From the IMG/VR virus record IMGVR_UViG_3300028886_000045: a stretch of 64,000 nt of DNA. One strand, 5' to 3'. The position numbers and the translations under genes were made by a program. This stretch comes from a virus. Taxonomy: Duplodnaviria > Caudoviricetes. Below, piece after piece: positions 1-10,526 of this stretch. Each line of letters begins with the position of its first letter. Position 1 is the first letter of the stretch. The notes under the pieces are model-generated. The model worked only from the letters and a program-made list of their open reading frames with translations, searched no databases and was not told where the DNA came from.

Positions 1-1026
1 TACCATAGCCTGTGAACTTGTGAACTCACGCAATGGGTCATTTACGGAATAACGGCTTACGAGAATGAACTCGTCTGCTGTTTCGTAAGTAACGCCTGCA
101 ACTGGGTTGGTGCTCTCTACCGTGTTAGTCCAAACAAGTGAACCAAGGATAGGGTCACAAACGAAAGTTGCTACGCCCGTCTGCCAAGGTGAGTGATTCT
201 GCCTACGACCATTAATCTCGGTCTTAACCTTGCGTGCTACGCGGTGCAAAGTGATACCCCACTTTGTCTGCAATACTTGCTTTGCCTTATCAAAGTCAAG
301 AATTGGCACGTTGTTTTGAGCGGAACTGATACCCATATCGAAGGCGTACTGACCGCGTACTTGCTGTGACTGATAGAAGCCTTGCAACCAAGTATCGTCT
401 GCGTAAACATCAGTAATGATGTTGTTATCGTCCATAGCCTTGTCGAAAATCTTCTGAATATCGTCAAGTGGGGTAGATGTTGCAAGGTTGTTACGCCAAA
501 CAACTGCCACACCGAACTTGTTCTCGTTCTTGTAGCCGACATCAATACGGACGCCCGTGCCGTTGTTCCTATCTGTGACACCGACACCGCTTGAAAGTTC
601 TGAAAGGAACAAATCCTCCAAACGCTCCCAAATACCCTCGATAACGCGAGGTACATCGGCAAACATTGTCTGCAAGATACGGGTAAGTGGCTGTTGCTGT
701 GCAATGATAGCGTACAAGTCCTTCATTTGCTTTTCGGTCATGTACAACTTCATACCCATCTTAGGTATCTCACCATGTGCGGTTTCGATAGCATCACGGC
801 TCTTCAATGGCAATTCACTATCAAGTGAAACGACATCGGCAGCAACCCTTGTGTATTCAGCAAGAATTGATGACCAACGACCATCCGCGCTATATACTGG
901 TTCGAGCAAATCCTTATACATATAAGGGAGCGATGTCCTACGCTGCTCGTTCAATCGCTCAACTACTGAAAGTACAAGTTGTGGAAAAAACTTATCCACA
1001 TACTCAAAATAAAGTGACTTTCCCAT
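1..1026 (-). CDS. Major capsid protein (3' end outside the window)
   Basis: Not in the ORF track. Hand translation from ATG at 1026 is open to base 1 (342 codons): MGKSLYFEYVDKFFPQLV...RVAADVVSLDSELPLKSRD...GEIPKMGMK..., resembling lambda gpE-like Bacteroidetes phage capsids. It follows the scaffold and decoration genes. Confidence 0.85.
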   Translation of the reverse strand, partial: MGKSLYFEYVDKFFPQLVLSVVERLNEQRRTSLPYMYKDLLEPVYSADGRWSSILAEYTRVAADVVSLDSELPLKSRDAIETAHGEIPKMGMKLYMTEKQMKDLYAIIAQQQPLTRILQTMFADVPRVIEGIWERLEDLFLSELSSGVGVTDRNNGTGVRIDVGYKNENKFGVAVVWRNNLATSTPLDDIQKIFDKAMDDNNIITDVYADDTWLQGFYQSQQVRGQYAFDMGISSAQNNVPILDFDKAKQVLQTKWGITLHRVARKVKTEINGRRQNHSPWQTGVATFVCDPILGSLVWTNTVESTNPVAGVTYETADEFILVSRYSVNDPLREFTSSQAMV

Positions 1027-1030
1027 TTAC

Positions 1031-1417
1031 TTATGCCTCCTCGTCTTTTTGGAAATCAATGTAAGGGCAAGCAGCCTTGAACGCTGTAAGTTTAGCACCT
1101 GTAAGCGCGTAAGGCAGAGCCTCAGAATTTACAACACCCCACGTCATGATAGCGGCTGCGGGACGCTTGCTATCAATCGTGTTATACAATATTCCTGCGT
1201 AGTTGTAGTTCTCTGGAAGAGCACCATACGCATCACCTTCAACAGGCATTGGCTTGTATGTACCATTGTTTACAATGATAACGTGTCCTGCCTTGATTGC
1301 ACCGCTAAAGCCAGTGACATCCAAGGTGCGACCGCCCTCTATGCCCTTAATGTACTTTTTGATAACAACTGAGTTGTCCTCAATCTGTACCTTCTCGACT
1401 GTCAAATTCTGTTTCAT
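1031..1417 (-). CDS. Head decoration protein (gpD-like)
   Basis: 128 aa between scaffold and capsid genes; GGRTLDVTG...IKAGHVII...YAGILY...GVVNSEALPY pattern. Confidence 0.7.
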   Translation of the reverse strand: MKQNLTVEKVQIEDNSVVIKKYIKGIEGGRTLDVTGFSGAIKAGHVIIVNNGTYKPMPVEGDAYGALPENYNYAGILYNTIDSKRPAAAIMTWGVVNSEALPYALTGAKLTAFKAACPYIDFQKDEEA

Positions 1418-1432
1418 ATTAACTTCAATAAA

Positions 1433-2305
1433 TTAGTGTACTAATGCCTTTGCAACACTATCCATATCTTCCTTAGTGGCTTTATCTCCACCCAAGATTT
1501 CGCCTTTGTCAAGTGGAAGAGCACTTGTTTTGATATGACTTGCAACGCCACTTAGGTACTCGACAACAGAACTTTCCTCTGCATCGTCAGCAATAGTGAA
1601 ACCCTCGTCAATACGCCATTGTGGAATACCCAACTCCTTTGCCTTGTTGGTGATAAAGTTCCTATGCGCTTCAAGTTTCTGCTGTTGTGCTTTCTTTTCT
1701 GCGTCTGCCTTGATTTGCTCATAGCCATCAAGTAGCACCTTGTTTTTGTCTTGCAAATCAGAAATCACCTTGTTTGTCGCATCGGTTTGCGCCTTGTGCG
1801 ATTCAAGGATTTCCGAAATACGCTTTTCGTAAGCCTCTGCTTGCGCCTTGCTCCTTGCGTTGGTCTCCTCGATATACTTCTTGAAATAGTCAGGAACTTC
1901 TTGGTTCTTCTTGATTTCTTCCAATCGTTTCTTCTCGGCTTCCTCTTCTTCCGCTTTCTTGCGTGCGGCCTCTTCTTCGGCTTTCTTACGCGCTGCCTCC
2001 TCTTCGGCTTTCTTCTTTGCGTCTGCGTCTTTCTTCTTACGCTCTTCTTCGGCTTTCTTCTGTTCCTCCTCAATTTTCTTCCTTTCGGCTTCTTCGCCTG
2101 CTTTCCTTGCAGTTGAAGCGCGTCTATCATACTCCTTTTGGAGACCCTCTAAGAAAGGCTTTTGACCACCTACTACCGCGTCCAAGTTTTCATCAGTAAC
2201 AAACCCCAAGTTAGCCAAACTTTCAGCGTGTGCCTGTAAAACTTCATCGCCTAACCCAAGCGAACTATACGCTTGTTTTAGTTTTGCATAGATTTTTTCT
2301 TTCAT
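1433..2305 (-). CDS. Capsid scaffolding protein
   Basis: Highly charged coiled coil with KKAEEEAA repeats, directly upstream of decoration and capsid genes. Confidence 0.7.
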   Translation of the reverse strand: MKEKIYAKLKQAYSSLGLGDEVLQAHAESLANLGFVTDENLDAVVGGQKPFLEGLQKEYDRRASTARKAGEEAERKKIEEEQKKAEEERKKKDADAKKKAEEEAARKKAEEEAARKKAEEEEAEKKRLEEIKKNQEVPDYFKKYIEETNARSKAQAEAYEKRISEILESHKAQTDATNKVISDLQDKNKVLLDGYEQIKADAEKKAQQQKLEAHRNFITNKAKELGIPQWRIDEGFTIADDAEESSVVEYLSGVASHIKTSALPLDKGEILGGDKATKEDMDSVAKALVH

Positions 2306-2504
2306 TGATATTTACTTTGTTGCTTAAAATTTTAACATTGCAAAGGTACGCATAAGAAATTATACCAAGAAACTTTTGTAAGGTACAACATTCATTTTAC
2401 ACCAAATGAATAAGAAACTATATAATTAGCCGTTTTTGGGCTTGTTATGCTATTTTCTTTTAATCGGAATGTGCGTTTTTCTGTGCTTTTATGATATTAG
2501 GACA

Positions 2505-2537
2505 TAAAAAAAACGTGCTATCTTCACAGACAACACG
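2505..2537 (-). terminator. Intrinsic terminator (GUGA-loop hairpin plus U-tract)
   Basis: cgtg...tcttcacagac...cacg hairpin preceded by an A-run on the + strand. Confidence 0.6.
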
Positions 2538-2579
2538 AAATAATTACGGTTTTGAAAAAACTCTTGTATATAAATTCTA

Positions 2580-2858
2580 CTAACCCTTCAAAGTGACAAT
2601 GAAATACACGTTGTAACGACTATCAGCACAAACAACCGTCAATTCGTGTATCTTTGCACGATATTTGTATGTAGCCAAATTCAACCCTTTAAGGCTTCTG
2701 TTGATAATCTGCTCGTTAAGGTGCAACTTCTTTCTGTTGCTTATGTATTGGCGTTGCAACTTGCATCCCTTTTCTTCGCACATCTTATGTATTTCACTAA
2801 GACATTCACGAATTGATGCGTCCTTTACAAGTTCTTTGCCTACATACATTTTAGCCAT
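2580..2858 (-). CDS. Hypothetical protein with own promoter and pseudoknot leader
   Basis: 92 aa ORF; ATG 9 nt after the leader element. Confidence 0.75.
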   Translation of the reverse strand: MAKMYVGKELVKDASIRECLSEIHKMCEEKGCKLQRQYISNRKKLHLNEQIINRSLKGLNLATYKYRAKIHELTVVCADSRYNVYFIVTLKG

Positions 2859-2867
2859 ATCGTTTGT

Positions 2868-2893
2868 GGTCTTGTTATTCTCTTGACCGTGAG
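2868..2893 (-). promoter_or_regulatory. Leader pseudoknot copy 1
   Basis: CUC AC GGUC AA GAG AAUAACAA GACC; 9 nt to ATG 2858. Confidence 0.85.
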
Positions 2894-2925
2894 TTCTAAA
2901 TTCTTCTGTTATTTCTTAACTACGA

Positions 2926-2978
2926 TGCAAAGGTACTAAATTATTTTGAACTATGCAAATTTTTTACCAACTTTTTTT
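2926..2978 (-). promoter_or_regulatory. Bacteroidetes sigma-A type promoter (representative of about 25 similar copies)
   Basis: Minus strand AAAAGTTGGTAAAAAATTTGCA (-33 with upstream element) and TACCTTTGCA (-7, TAnnTTTG consensus). Confidence 0.85.
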
Positions 2979-2987
2979 TTGAAAAAA

Positions 2988-3021
2988 ATAAAAAAACGCA
3001 CTATCCATCACGGACGGTGCG
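2988..3021 (-). terminator. Intrinsic terminator after the lysis cassette
   Basis: cgcac...tccatcacgga...gtgcg hairpin with A-run on the + strand. Confidence 0.65.
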
Positions 3022-3052
3022 CAAAACTATTAAAAAAATATGAAGACTTAAA

Positions 3053-3583
3053 TCAAAAATACTTAAATTTAATATATAAAATGACAAATAAAATAACCAA
3101 TGCTAATATTGCGTGCCAATAGGTGAAACCGAAAACGCCCTTTTCCGTGACTTTCTTTTCCTTTACACTTGTAGCCTTTGTAACGGAATCATTCTTTACC
3201 ACGCTTGTATTATTATAATGTGACACGCTATCCGCTTTCTGAACGCTTGTATATCCCACATTCTGTATGTTGTCCGTTCTTCTGCTAACGTGCCTTTCCT
3301 TTATCTTTTCCCTTATTCGCAACGTGTCCCCCTTATCGTTAAGAACAACCTCCACAGTTCGGTCATTGATAACTGAGTCCAATGCTTGCAAATCCCTTTC
3401 CGTTCTTTCCACCTTATCGGTCTTTTCTTCGTGAAAGTCTTTCTTTTCATTTTCCGTTGCTGTTGTTTCTGTCTTTACCTCTGTTTCCGTTACCGACTTT
3501 TCGATTTCGCTATGCGTCTTGCACCCAATCAGCAAAACCGCCACCGATAGAAGAAACACCAAACTTTTCATTACCCTTTTCAT
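3053..3583 (-). CDS. Unimolecular spanin-like lipoprotein
   Basis: N-terminal lipobox (VLLIG/C), hydrophilic middle, C-terminal TM helix (FTYWHAILALVILFVILY); last gene of the lysis cassette; start placed at the second Met. Confidence 0.7.
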   Translation of the reverse strand: MKRVMKSLVFLLSVAVLLIGCKTHSEIEKSVTETEVKTETTATENEKKDFHEEKTDKVERTERDLQALDSVINDRTVEVVLNDKGDTLRIREKIKERHVSRRTDNIQNVGYTSVQKADSVSHYNNTSVVKNDSVTKATSVKEKKVTEKGVFGFTYWHAILALVILFVILYIKFKYF

Positions 3584-3584
3584 A

Positions 3585-4190
3585 CTATGCAACTTTTTTA
3601 AGTTCATCGTAAATATCCCTTCTTTCTTTCAAGCCATTTGTCCCACCATTGATGCGCTTTGTTATTGTTATAATATCGTCTTTGTCTGCGATTTCATTCA
3701 AGCCGTGTGTGTACCAATACCACATTGCCGACCTCACCGCGCCCAATGGCTTTGCAAGCAAATCGGGGTTAGCCACGACATCATAACCGCAATAGTTCCT
3801 ATATAGCGCATAGTTCGTGCGACCCGTTATCTGTATCAATCCCCTACCCCTAAACGTGTAGCCATCCATTGAAGCCTCGCCATTGTTTCCCATTCTGTTT
3901 GCGTACACCCTTGATGCTATCTTTCGTGGCTTGTGCGCATATAGGCTTGCATTCTTCGCGTTGAAATACTTTGGGAATACTACGACCAACCTATTTGCTG
4001 AATAGTTGAGGTTTTCTTCAACCCTTGCAAATCCGCTTGATTCGTGTAGCACTTGTGCCAAAAAGTGATTCATGCGCTTTTCGGTTGTTATACCGAACTC
4101 CTCCGCGAACTTGTTAATGTATGGTAGGTATGTATCTACATACTTCACCGCGCTTGGATATGCCTTAATTATTTTGCTCCTCAGTTCCAT
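3585..4190 (-). CDS. Endolysin, glycoside hydrolase family 19
   Basis: HFLAQVLHESSG..EENLNYS, FRGRGLIQITGRTNY, ITKRINGGTNG motifs. Confidence 0.93.
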   Translation of the reverse strand: MELRSKIIKAYPSAVKYVDTYLPYINKFAEEFGITTEKRMNHFLAQVLHESSGFARVEENLNYSANRLVVVFPKYFNAKNASLYAHKPRKIASRVYANRMGNNGEASMDGYTFRGRGLIQITGRTNYALYRNYCGYDVVANPDLLAKPLGAVRSAMWYWYTHGLNEIADKDDIITITKRINGGTNGLKERRDIYDELKKVA

Positions 4191-4662
4191 GCTTGTCTTC
4201 TTTTTTGTCTTCTGTTGTTAGATACTTGACAACCGCCTTTGCTATCTCATCGGGGTCAGTTCTATGCTTTGTGATTTCCGCAACCAACCGCGCGATTTGG
4301 TGGTACTCGTCCTTATCCTTATCTTCTGCCTTTTCATAGATGCTCTTCAATTCTATCAATCCTAAACCAATAGAGCCTATAAAGGTCATTAGTGGGAATA
4401 TCGGCAATTTATATCCGTACAGAATATCTAAGTAATGAATACCGACAATCTGCATACAATCCACCACGCTTACAGCGATAAGGATATTGTAATACTTTGC
4501 CAATTTCTCTACTGTTCGCCTAAATCCGTAAGATGTTCTTGCTTCACCCCTCTGCTTTGCTTTTCTCACTCCCGACCACAAATCAGCCATAACCGCAAAG
4601 AACACTAAAACGTATTCCATAGCGAAAATCAAACTTACAATCATCAACTGCTCTTTATTCAT
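4165..4662 (-). CDS. Phage holin
   Basis: Three hydrophobic segments and ADLWSGVRKAKQRGEARTSYGFRRTVEK motif; overlaps the endolysin start; likely start MNKEQ at 4662. Confidence 0.8.
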   Translation of the reverse strand: MNKEQLMIVSLIFAMEYVLVFFAVMADLWSGVRKAKQRGEARTSYGFRRTVEKLAKYYNILIAVSVVDCMQIVGIHYLDILYGYKLPIFPLMTFIGSIGLGLIELKSIYEKAEDKDKDEYHQIARLVAEITKHRTDPDEIAKAVVKYLTTEDKKEDKHGTEEQNN

Positions 4663-4938
4663 TTTGTTACATAAATTTTCAATTTGTTTGTTTTCGCTAC
4701 AAAGATAACTCTTTTCCTTCAAGAAATCGTTTGCGCAAGAAACTAATATCGCATTTTGTACGAAATGAAAGAAGGGTGCGTGAAAACAACCACACACCCC
4801 CAATCAATAAACAATTACAACAATCAAGACATTCTAACCTTAAATGTACTAAAGTATCTTTTCAATGCACCGCAAATGATACGCTTTAGAATGAAAGCCT
4901 CCGTCTTGCTACCCTTTGTCGGTACTTCGATTTCAAAC

Positions 4939-5343
4939 CTATACGTTTCCATTTTCCAATGCTTCAATAGTTCCTTTCCTTGGTATCATCCTATACTCCC
5001 ACCTAAACCTTGGCAGATACACCATTACGATATGTTGCATAACGTGTAGGGAACTTATGGGTCTTGTTATCAACAGCCTACCAACCCATAACCTTTTGTC
5101 ACGCCAATACACACCATTTCTGTGCATCTTTCCGTTTTTCAGTTTCTCAAAACCATATCGCCTCAGTTCCATTTCCGTTATACTGAAACTTTTCAACCGC
5201 CTATCATCGCGCCCTATGGTGATTTCTTCCACCGCGCCACGATTCAAGGGTCTTGTTATAGTGTATTCCGTATCTGTCACAGCCGATACCCTATAACGGT
5301 GGTCTTTATATCTGACAATATCGTTATGAAACAATGCTTCCAT
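4939..5343 (-). CDS. Hypothetical protein, distant member of paralog family A
   Basis: ITEMELRRYGF...LHVMQH resembles the family A LT.EIL..NGF...VHELQH pattern. Confidence 0.6.
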   Translation of the reverse strand: MEALFHNDIVRYKDHRYRVSAVTDTEYTITRPLNRGAVEEITIGRDDRRLKSFSITEMELRRYGFEKLKNGKMHRNGVYWRDKRLWVGRLLITRPISSLHVMQHIVMVYLPRFRWEYRMIPRKGTIEALENGNV

Positions 5344-6058
5344 ACTTTCCTACTTGCAATAACCCATAGCGATGAGTTTTTGCTCAATCGCCTTTAGTCT
5401 TTCTTCCCTTTTCCTTTTGCTATTTTCATAGCCTTTGCGCCTTTGCTTTTCCAACTCTGACAAAACCATATATACCTTAATCTATTATTACTTGTCCAAC
5501 CCTTACTTTATAATTGGGATAATTGCCGTAAAAGCGTGCTTCTACCCAAACTATCCCCCACCAATGCAAATCCGTAGTATATCCTACATCTATTAGTAAT
5601 TGAATAATATCCCTATGCCGTGGAAAAACCGCCTTCAGCAACGCGACTTGCTGAAAGTAATCCAATGCGTTCCAACGTAGGCGGTTCAACCTAAACCCCC
5701 TACCCTTTAGTTCTTTTGTCATTACGCCTTATGAATTTGTTGCAAGCCGTTTGTGTGGCATCACCGAAATTCTCGTTTCCGCATCCCTTGAACTTTCTGT
5801 AAAACGCACAATGTCCGCAAATGCTCGTTGTGTATTCCATATTGTTACCCTTTCGGACGCGCAACTTGGTAGGCAATTTAGATTTCATTCCGTACAGCCT
5901 TTTTGATAATCGACTTACATACGACCAAAACAAACCCACCGATAATTACTAACGTGAATTGCTTCAATGTCAATATAGACGCAAACCCCACAAATACCAT
6001 TACTATGACAATAGCGCATAGTATGGAAATGATAATGTTACTCCTATCCATAAGCCTA

Positions 6059-6718
6059 TCAAGAAACGTAATCGGCAAAGTTATCCGCAGCCTTCAAAGC
6101 CTCCGCCCTTGTTTCAATTATCTTTGTACCCCTCATTCTGAATGGCACGACTTCAACAATTCCATTTTTCAATGTATCATTAAAACTCCATGCGTCATCA
6201 TCTTTGTCATATTCTTTTAGCACTTTTATAAGTGCCTTACGGAATGACTTATTATTACAGTACATTACTTTCGTCTTTTCGGTTTCGTGCCCAATATCAA
6301 AAAGCATATCGCCTACACCGAAACCCATGCACGCACGGTGTGAAAAGCCGTAATACTTTAGGGTTTTAGTATTGAAAACGACTTGTGGATGACCTACAAC
6401 CTTACGCCACCCCTCGCCAACCAATATCCAAGGCATATCCTCAATGTGGTAACTGCTTCCGTCTGCTATCACAACCAACTTTTCAAATTGGCTATTCCAA
6501 CCGAATATACCACATAACTTATTCTTTCCGTATTCGGAAAAGCCGTTTACATAACGCTTTCTTACCGAAAAGTACACGTTACCAAACAACTTCCAAGCCT
6601 TGATACACATATCCTTACCGCCTGCACATCCCCTTATGTAATAAGGATAGCCGTTTTCTAACTTGACATAAGCCTCGCCATTAAAGCATTTAATCTTACT
6701 TAAAAGGTCTTTTATCAT
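6059..6718 (-). CDS. Hypothetical phage protein
   Basis: 219 aa ORF in operon context, KYYGFSHRACMGFGVGD motif. Confidence 0.7.
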   Translation of the reverse strand: MIKDLLSKIKCFNGEAYVKLENGYPYYIRGCAGGKDMCIKAWKLFGNVYFSVRKRYVNGFSEYGKNKLCGIFGWNSQFEKLVVIADGSSYHIEDMPWILVGEGWRKVVGHPQVVFNTKTLKYYGFSHRACMGFGVGDMLFDIGHETEKTKVMYCNNKSFRKALIKVLKEYDKDDDAWSFNDTLKNGIVEVVPFRMRGTKIIETRAEALKAADNFADYVS

Positions 6719-6819
6719 TTCCTTTATGCTTTTTTTTATTTATTCTACACTTGTCCGAACATCTGCAAGGGGCGTTCAAATCGCCACCGCAAAATCCGTA
6801 ACCTTCTATATCTTCGTAC

Positions 6820-7086
6820 TTAAACTTTTTGCATTCCCCGCAATACATTGCTAACTTTCAAATACAGACTGCAACAACAGTGGTTTTCCTTGCGATAACC
6901 GCTACAAGGGCAATTTTTCTCCTCGCTTTCGTTATGACATGGGCATTCGCCATTATTGCGTATAAGTCCTTTGATTATACCATTTACGATTTTCTCATTT
7001 GGGTTTAATATCCACCCCTCTTTGACATTAGCCTTGACATAAGCAAGGATAAAGTCTTTGTTTTTCTCTAATTCTTCTTTTGTCAT
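6820..7086 (-). CDS. Ferredoxin-thioredoxin reductase catalytic (beta) subunit-like Fe-S protein
   Basis: LNPNEKIV..II.GL...G.CPC...CPC...HCCCSLY, matching the CPC/CPC/CHC pattern. Confidence 0.8.
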   Translation of the reverse strand: MTKEELEKNKDFILAYVKANVKEGWILNPNEKIVNGIIKGLIRNNGECPCHNESEEKNCPCSGYRKENHCCCSLYLKVSNVLRGMQKV

Positions 7087-7439
7087 TTAACCTTGAAATT
7101 ATCCGCTAATTCTACCAAACCGCATATCCTTAGACTCTGTTGGAATTTATGCACAAACGAAGGGAAAGGCAAACGAAAATTCCCACCATCCGTATATACA
7201 TCCATACCCCTATACAACCATATCTTGATATTGTCTTTGTGGTACAGATAGCACCCTTCATCTATTTTCTTGAAACCATTCAGCAAAAGCAAGGTCTGCG
7301 TAAGAATCATAACACCTATTCCTTCATCGGAATATTTTACATAATCCGACACCGTCCATTGCCTTATGTTGCTATCCACAGCATCATGGAAACTAAACCA
7401 ATCCCCTATCTGCGGTCTTATATTGTTTGTATTATCCAT
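7083..7439 (-). CDS. Paralog family A hypothetical protein
   Basis: PQIGDW...VHKFQQSLRICGL.ELADNFK. Confidence 0.75.
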   Translation of the reverse strand: MDNTNNIRPQIGDWFSFHDAVDSNIRQWTVSDYVKYSDEGIGVMILTQTLLLLNGFKKIDEGCYLYHKDNIKIWLYRGMDVYTDGGNFRLPFPSFVHKFQQSLRICGLVELADNFKVK

Positions 7440-7451
7440 AAGCCAAAAGCA

Positions 7452-7820
7452 CTAAATCATTGGGCTTTTATCTTTTACTTCAAATCTTTCTGCTAATTCC
7501 GACAAACCACAAACCCTCAATGATTGTTGGTATTCATGCACATAATATGGCATTGGCAGAATACTACGAGCCTTACCCTCTATACTTACCACCATTATAT
7601 CATTTGCCACTATTACGCACACGCCATTTTGCGAAAGAACACAATGTCCCCTACCATACGGCTTAAATCCATTGCAAGAAAGCAAATACCTTGACAAAAC
7701 CACGCCCTCAATATTCACGTTGAAATATTTGGCATAGTCTGACACCTCCCATTTCCTTACTTTGGAATCCAACGTATCATAGAACGTGAACCAATCACCG
7801 ATTTGTGGTTTTATTGCCAT
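7452..7820 (-). CDS. Paralog family A hypothetical protein (tandem duplicate)
   Basis: PQIGDW...VHEYQQSLRVCGLSELAERF. Confidence 0.75.
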   Translation of the reverse strand: MAIKPQIGDWFTFYDTLDSKVRKWEVSDYAKYFNVNIEGVVLSRYLLSCNGFKPYGRGHCVLSQNGVCVIVANDIMVVSIEGKARSILPMPYYVHEYQQSLRVCGLSELAERFEVKDKSPMI

Positions 7821-8033
7821 AACTAAATCATTGGAATTTTACCAACATTTTGCTTGAAATAGCCGTATGCCGTAGCAAAAATCTTTAGCACCCTTTCCTT
7901 TGTTTCTTCGTCAAACACGTTAGGGTCTATCGAGGTGAGTCCATCGTCTGAAAACGAAAGACTATATGAATCATTTTCCACATCGTCATTCAGTTGCACC
8001 ATAAGCAACTTTGGATGTGGCACTTTTCTTAAT

Positions 8034-8534
8034 TTATTCTCCATTGCTTTCCGAATTTTCAAATTTAACGATTTCTATGCCCGCCTCCTTCAGCAAATCC
8101 AAACCGCTTGTGTCGTGGTAATCCCTATCATACACCAAACGCACAATACCTGCTTGTACCATCATCTTAGCACAATGAATACAAGGCGCATCCGTGCAGT
8201 ACATTGTAGCACCGTCACTACTATGTGTACTTTTGGCTACCTTTGTAATGGCATTCGCCTCCGCGTGCAAAACCTCATCCTTTGTCTTTAGGATATTCCC
8301 ATTTCTGACCGCCCTATCAAATTCTGCTTGTGACCTTGCACGGATAACCACGCCATCGCTAACGTAATCCTCACACCAATTAGGAAATCCGCTCGGTGTT
8401 CCATTATATCCGTCACTAATGATAGTTCTATCCTTGACCATTAAAGCACCAACCTTGCGCCTTATAGCCTTGGATGATGTTGCCCATATATGCGCCATTT
8501 GCATATACTTGCTGTCCGCTTCTTTCTGCGTCAT
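8034..8534 (-). CDS. dCMP deaminase
   Basis: KVGA...GYNGTPSG, HAEANAI, PCIHCAKM zinc-deaminase motifs. Confidence 0.93.
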   Translation of the reverse strand: MTQKEADSKYMQMAHIWATSSKAIRRKVGALMVKDRTIISDGYNGTPSGFPNWCEDYVSDGVVIRARSQAEFDRAVRNGNILKTKDEVLHAEANAITKVAKSTHSSDGATMYCTDAPCIHCAKMMVQAGIVRLVYDRDYHDTSGLDLLKEAGIEIVKFENSESNGE

Positions 8535-9983
8535 AGAAATTTCTTAAAATATGTTGCAAAGGTACTAATTTTCTACCAACTTTCCAAACTTTACGCCAAC
8601 TTTTTACAAAGTTTTTTAATTTGCAATCTGTATATCGAAAGGCTTGCTAATATCTATCATATCATCGTAGGTATAGCACACCTCGCTTTCCGTCCCACCC
8701 TTTAGGACTTTGGCAATCAAAGGGAATATCTTTATATCCCCCTTGGTACGATATTTGCCCCCATGCACCTTAAACCCCCTATAAAAGCCTACAATGTAAG
8801 TTTTCTCCCCATAACGGTTCAATCCGAACAACTGAACCTTTGCGCCTAACGGAATAGGCAGTTTTTGGGCAAACTTTCCACACATAATTTCATGCACTTT
8901 CCTTATGTGCTTTCGGTGCTCTTCCAACTGCTTTTGCAATTCCGTTTCCGTTTGAAACATTTTCTCGCGCTTTTTAAGGAAATCGGGAAAATTGCCGTAG
9001 AAATCAGTTATTACCATACTTTCGTGTTAAGCATTCTCTGTTTTCTTGACATAATCCCTCATCAAACGCTTCTTTGCGTTCTTCAAGTTCAAAGCCTCAA
9101 TGTAGATACAATCCTTTTCAATCGTAACCTTTTTGTTCTTTGCTACTGTCCCATTGTAATTTATGGTTGCAGTACCTACCACATCGGCAATCTTCCACTC
9201 GCCCGTCTTTACGTTGAACGAATACAATGTGTGACCATTTCGGTGTTTCATACAACCGATTTTCTTGTACTCAGTCTTTTCTTTCTGTGTCACTTCTTGA
9301 CGCACTTTCTTGTCAAAGTGAAAAATCTTATCTAACAGCATATTCTATATATTTTTTAATTAATTTATCGGTGTTATCAAATCGCAAAGGTGATAAAGGA
9401 AATAGACGATATGCCCATCGGGTTCGGAACATACCACGAAACCGCCCTTTTCATCCCTTCTTCTTACTTCGTAACGTCTTCTTTCGTGAAGAATAACGTC
9501 CCCCTTTTTCAGTCGCTTGTATTGATACCTATTCATTTTCTAATTCGTTTATCTCGCCTAACACCCTTTTGGCGTTATGGCTTTTCTTCTTTACGCGCTT
9601 ACTTTGTACTTCCAATTCGCTTTCAACTTTCCTTTCATTGGCGAACTCCTTGCTATCTATGCGCCTAACGCTTTTCACAACCCCCGAAATCCACCTCCGC
9701 ATCGTTCCCCTACTGCAATCATCCAATAAGTTGGTACAGTAAAGATTTGCGTCTTCCAAATCAAAGACAAAGCCTTGGTAGCATACATCATACGCAAAAT
9801 GTGAGGTTTCTATGTGAAGCCTATCACCACGTTTTACACCCCACGTTTCGTTAAAGTCGTTTTCGCGCTTTTCGACATATTGTTTTCTTAGCGTTGCTAA
9901 CTTTATGTTTAGGCGTTGGATTTCAAGTTTAAGGATTTTCTCCTCGCGCCTAAACTCCAAACGCCCTACACCTTTTTTCTTGT

Positions 9984-10460
9984 TTACCTTTTTGCGTTTC
10001 CGCATAACTCCTCAAATCTGTTTTCTATTGCCCTTCGCAATTTACGCGCCTTTGGTACTACACCCCCATTGCAAATTTCGTCATACTGACTTCTTAGGGC
10101 TTCATACATGGCGTTATCTATGCAATCACTATCAAGCGCATTTCGTAAGTCCCTCAGTTCTTTAGTGATTTTCTGTTTTCTTTCGCTTTCTTCTGCGCGA
10201 ATTTCCTTCAGTCGCGCCCTTTCGCTTTGGTACTTATCAATAATGTTTTCCGTTAGCGATTTTTTGTGTGTGTACTTCTGTGAACTTGTTAAATGATAGC
10301 CACCACACGCCTCGCAATAATACGCCCTTTGTGGCGCGTGTCCGTTTTCTTGCATTTCTTCTGCATTGAACTTTAAGAAAGTCATTGCCTTCTTTTCAGT
10401 TTCAAATAGCATTTTTAATCGCCCACAATCACGGCAAAACACACGATTCTTTGGCTTCAT
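9984..10460 (-). CDS. Zn-binding hypothetical protein
   Basis: CRDC and RAYYCEACGGYHLTS motifs. Confidence 0.65.
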   Translation of the reverse strand: MKPKNRVFCRDCGRLKMLFETEKKAMTFLKFNAEEMQENGHAPQRAYYCEACGGYHLTSSQKYTHKKSLTENIIDKYQSERARLKEIRAEESERKQKITKELRDLRNALDSDCIDNAMYEALRSQYDEICNGGVVPKARKLRRAIENRFEELCGNAKR

Positions 10461-10526
10461 ACCCTATTAGTGACAGTTTGTTACGGTTGTCCCTTCCGCT
10501 TGAAATGTTAATATATTAAATGTATT

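Noticed and set aside
1900-2100. Repeats in the scaffold gene
   Set aside because: Ordinary low-complexity KKAEEEAA coiled-coil coding repeats
2868-2893. Leader as a preQ1-I riboswitch
   Set aside because: Only size and the A-rich loop are similar; the 5-bp P1 and conserved ligand-binding loop are absent and the downstream genes are unrelated to queuosine
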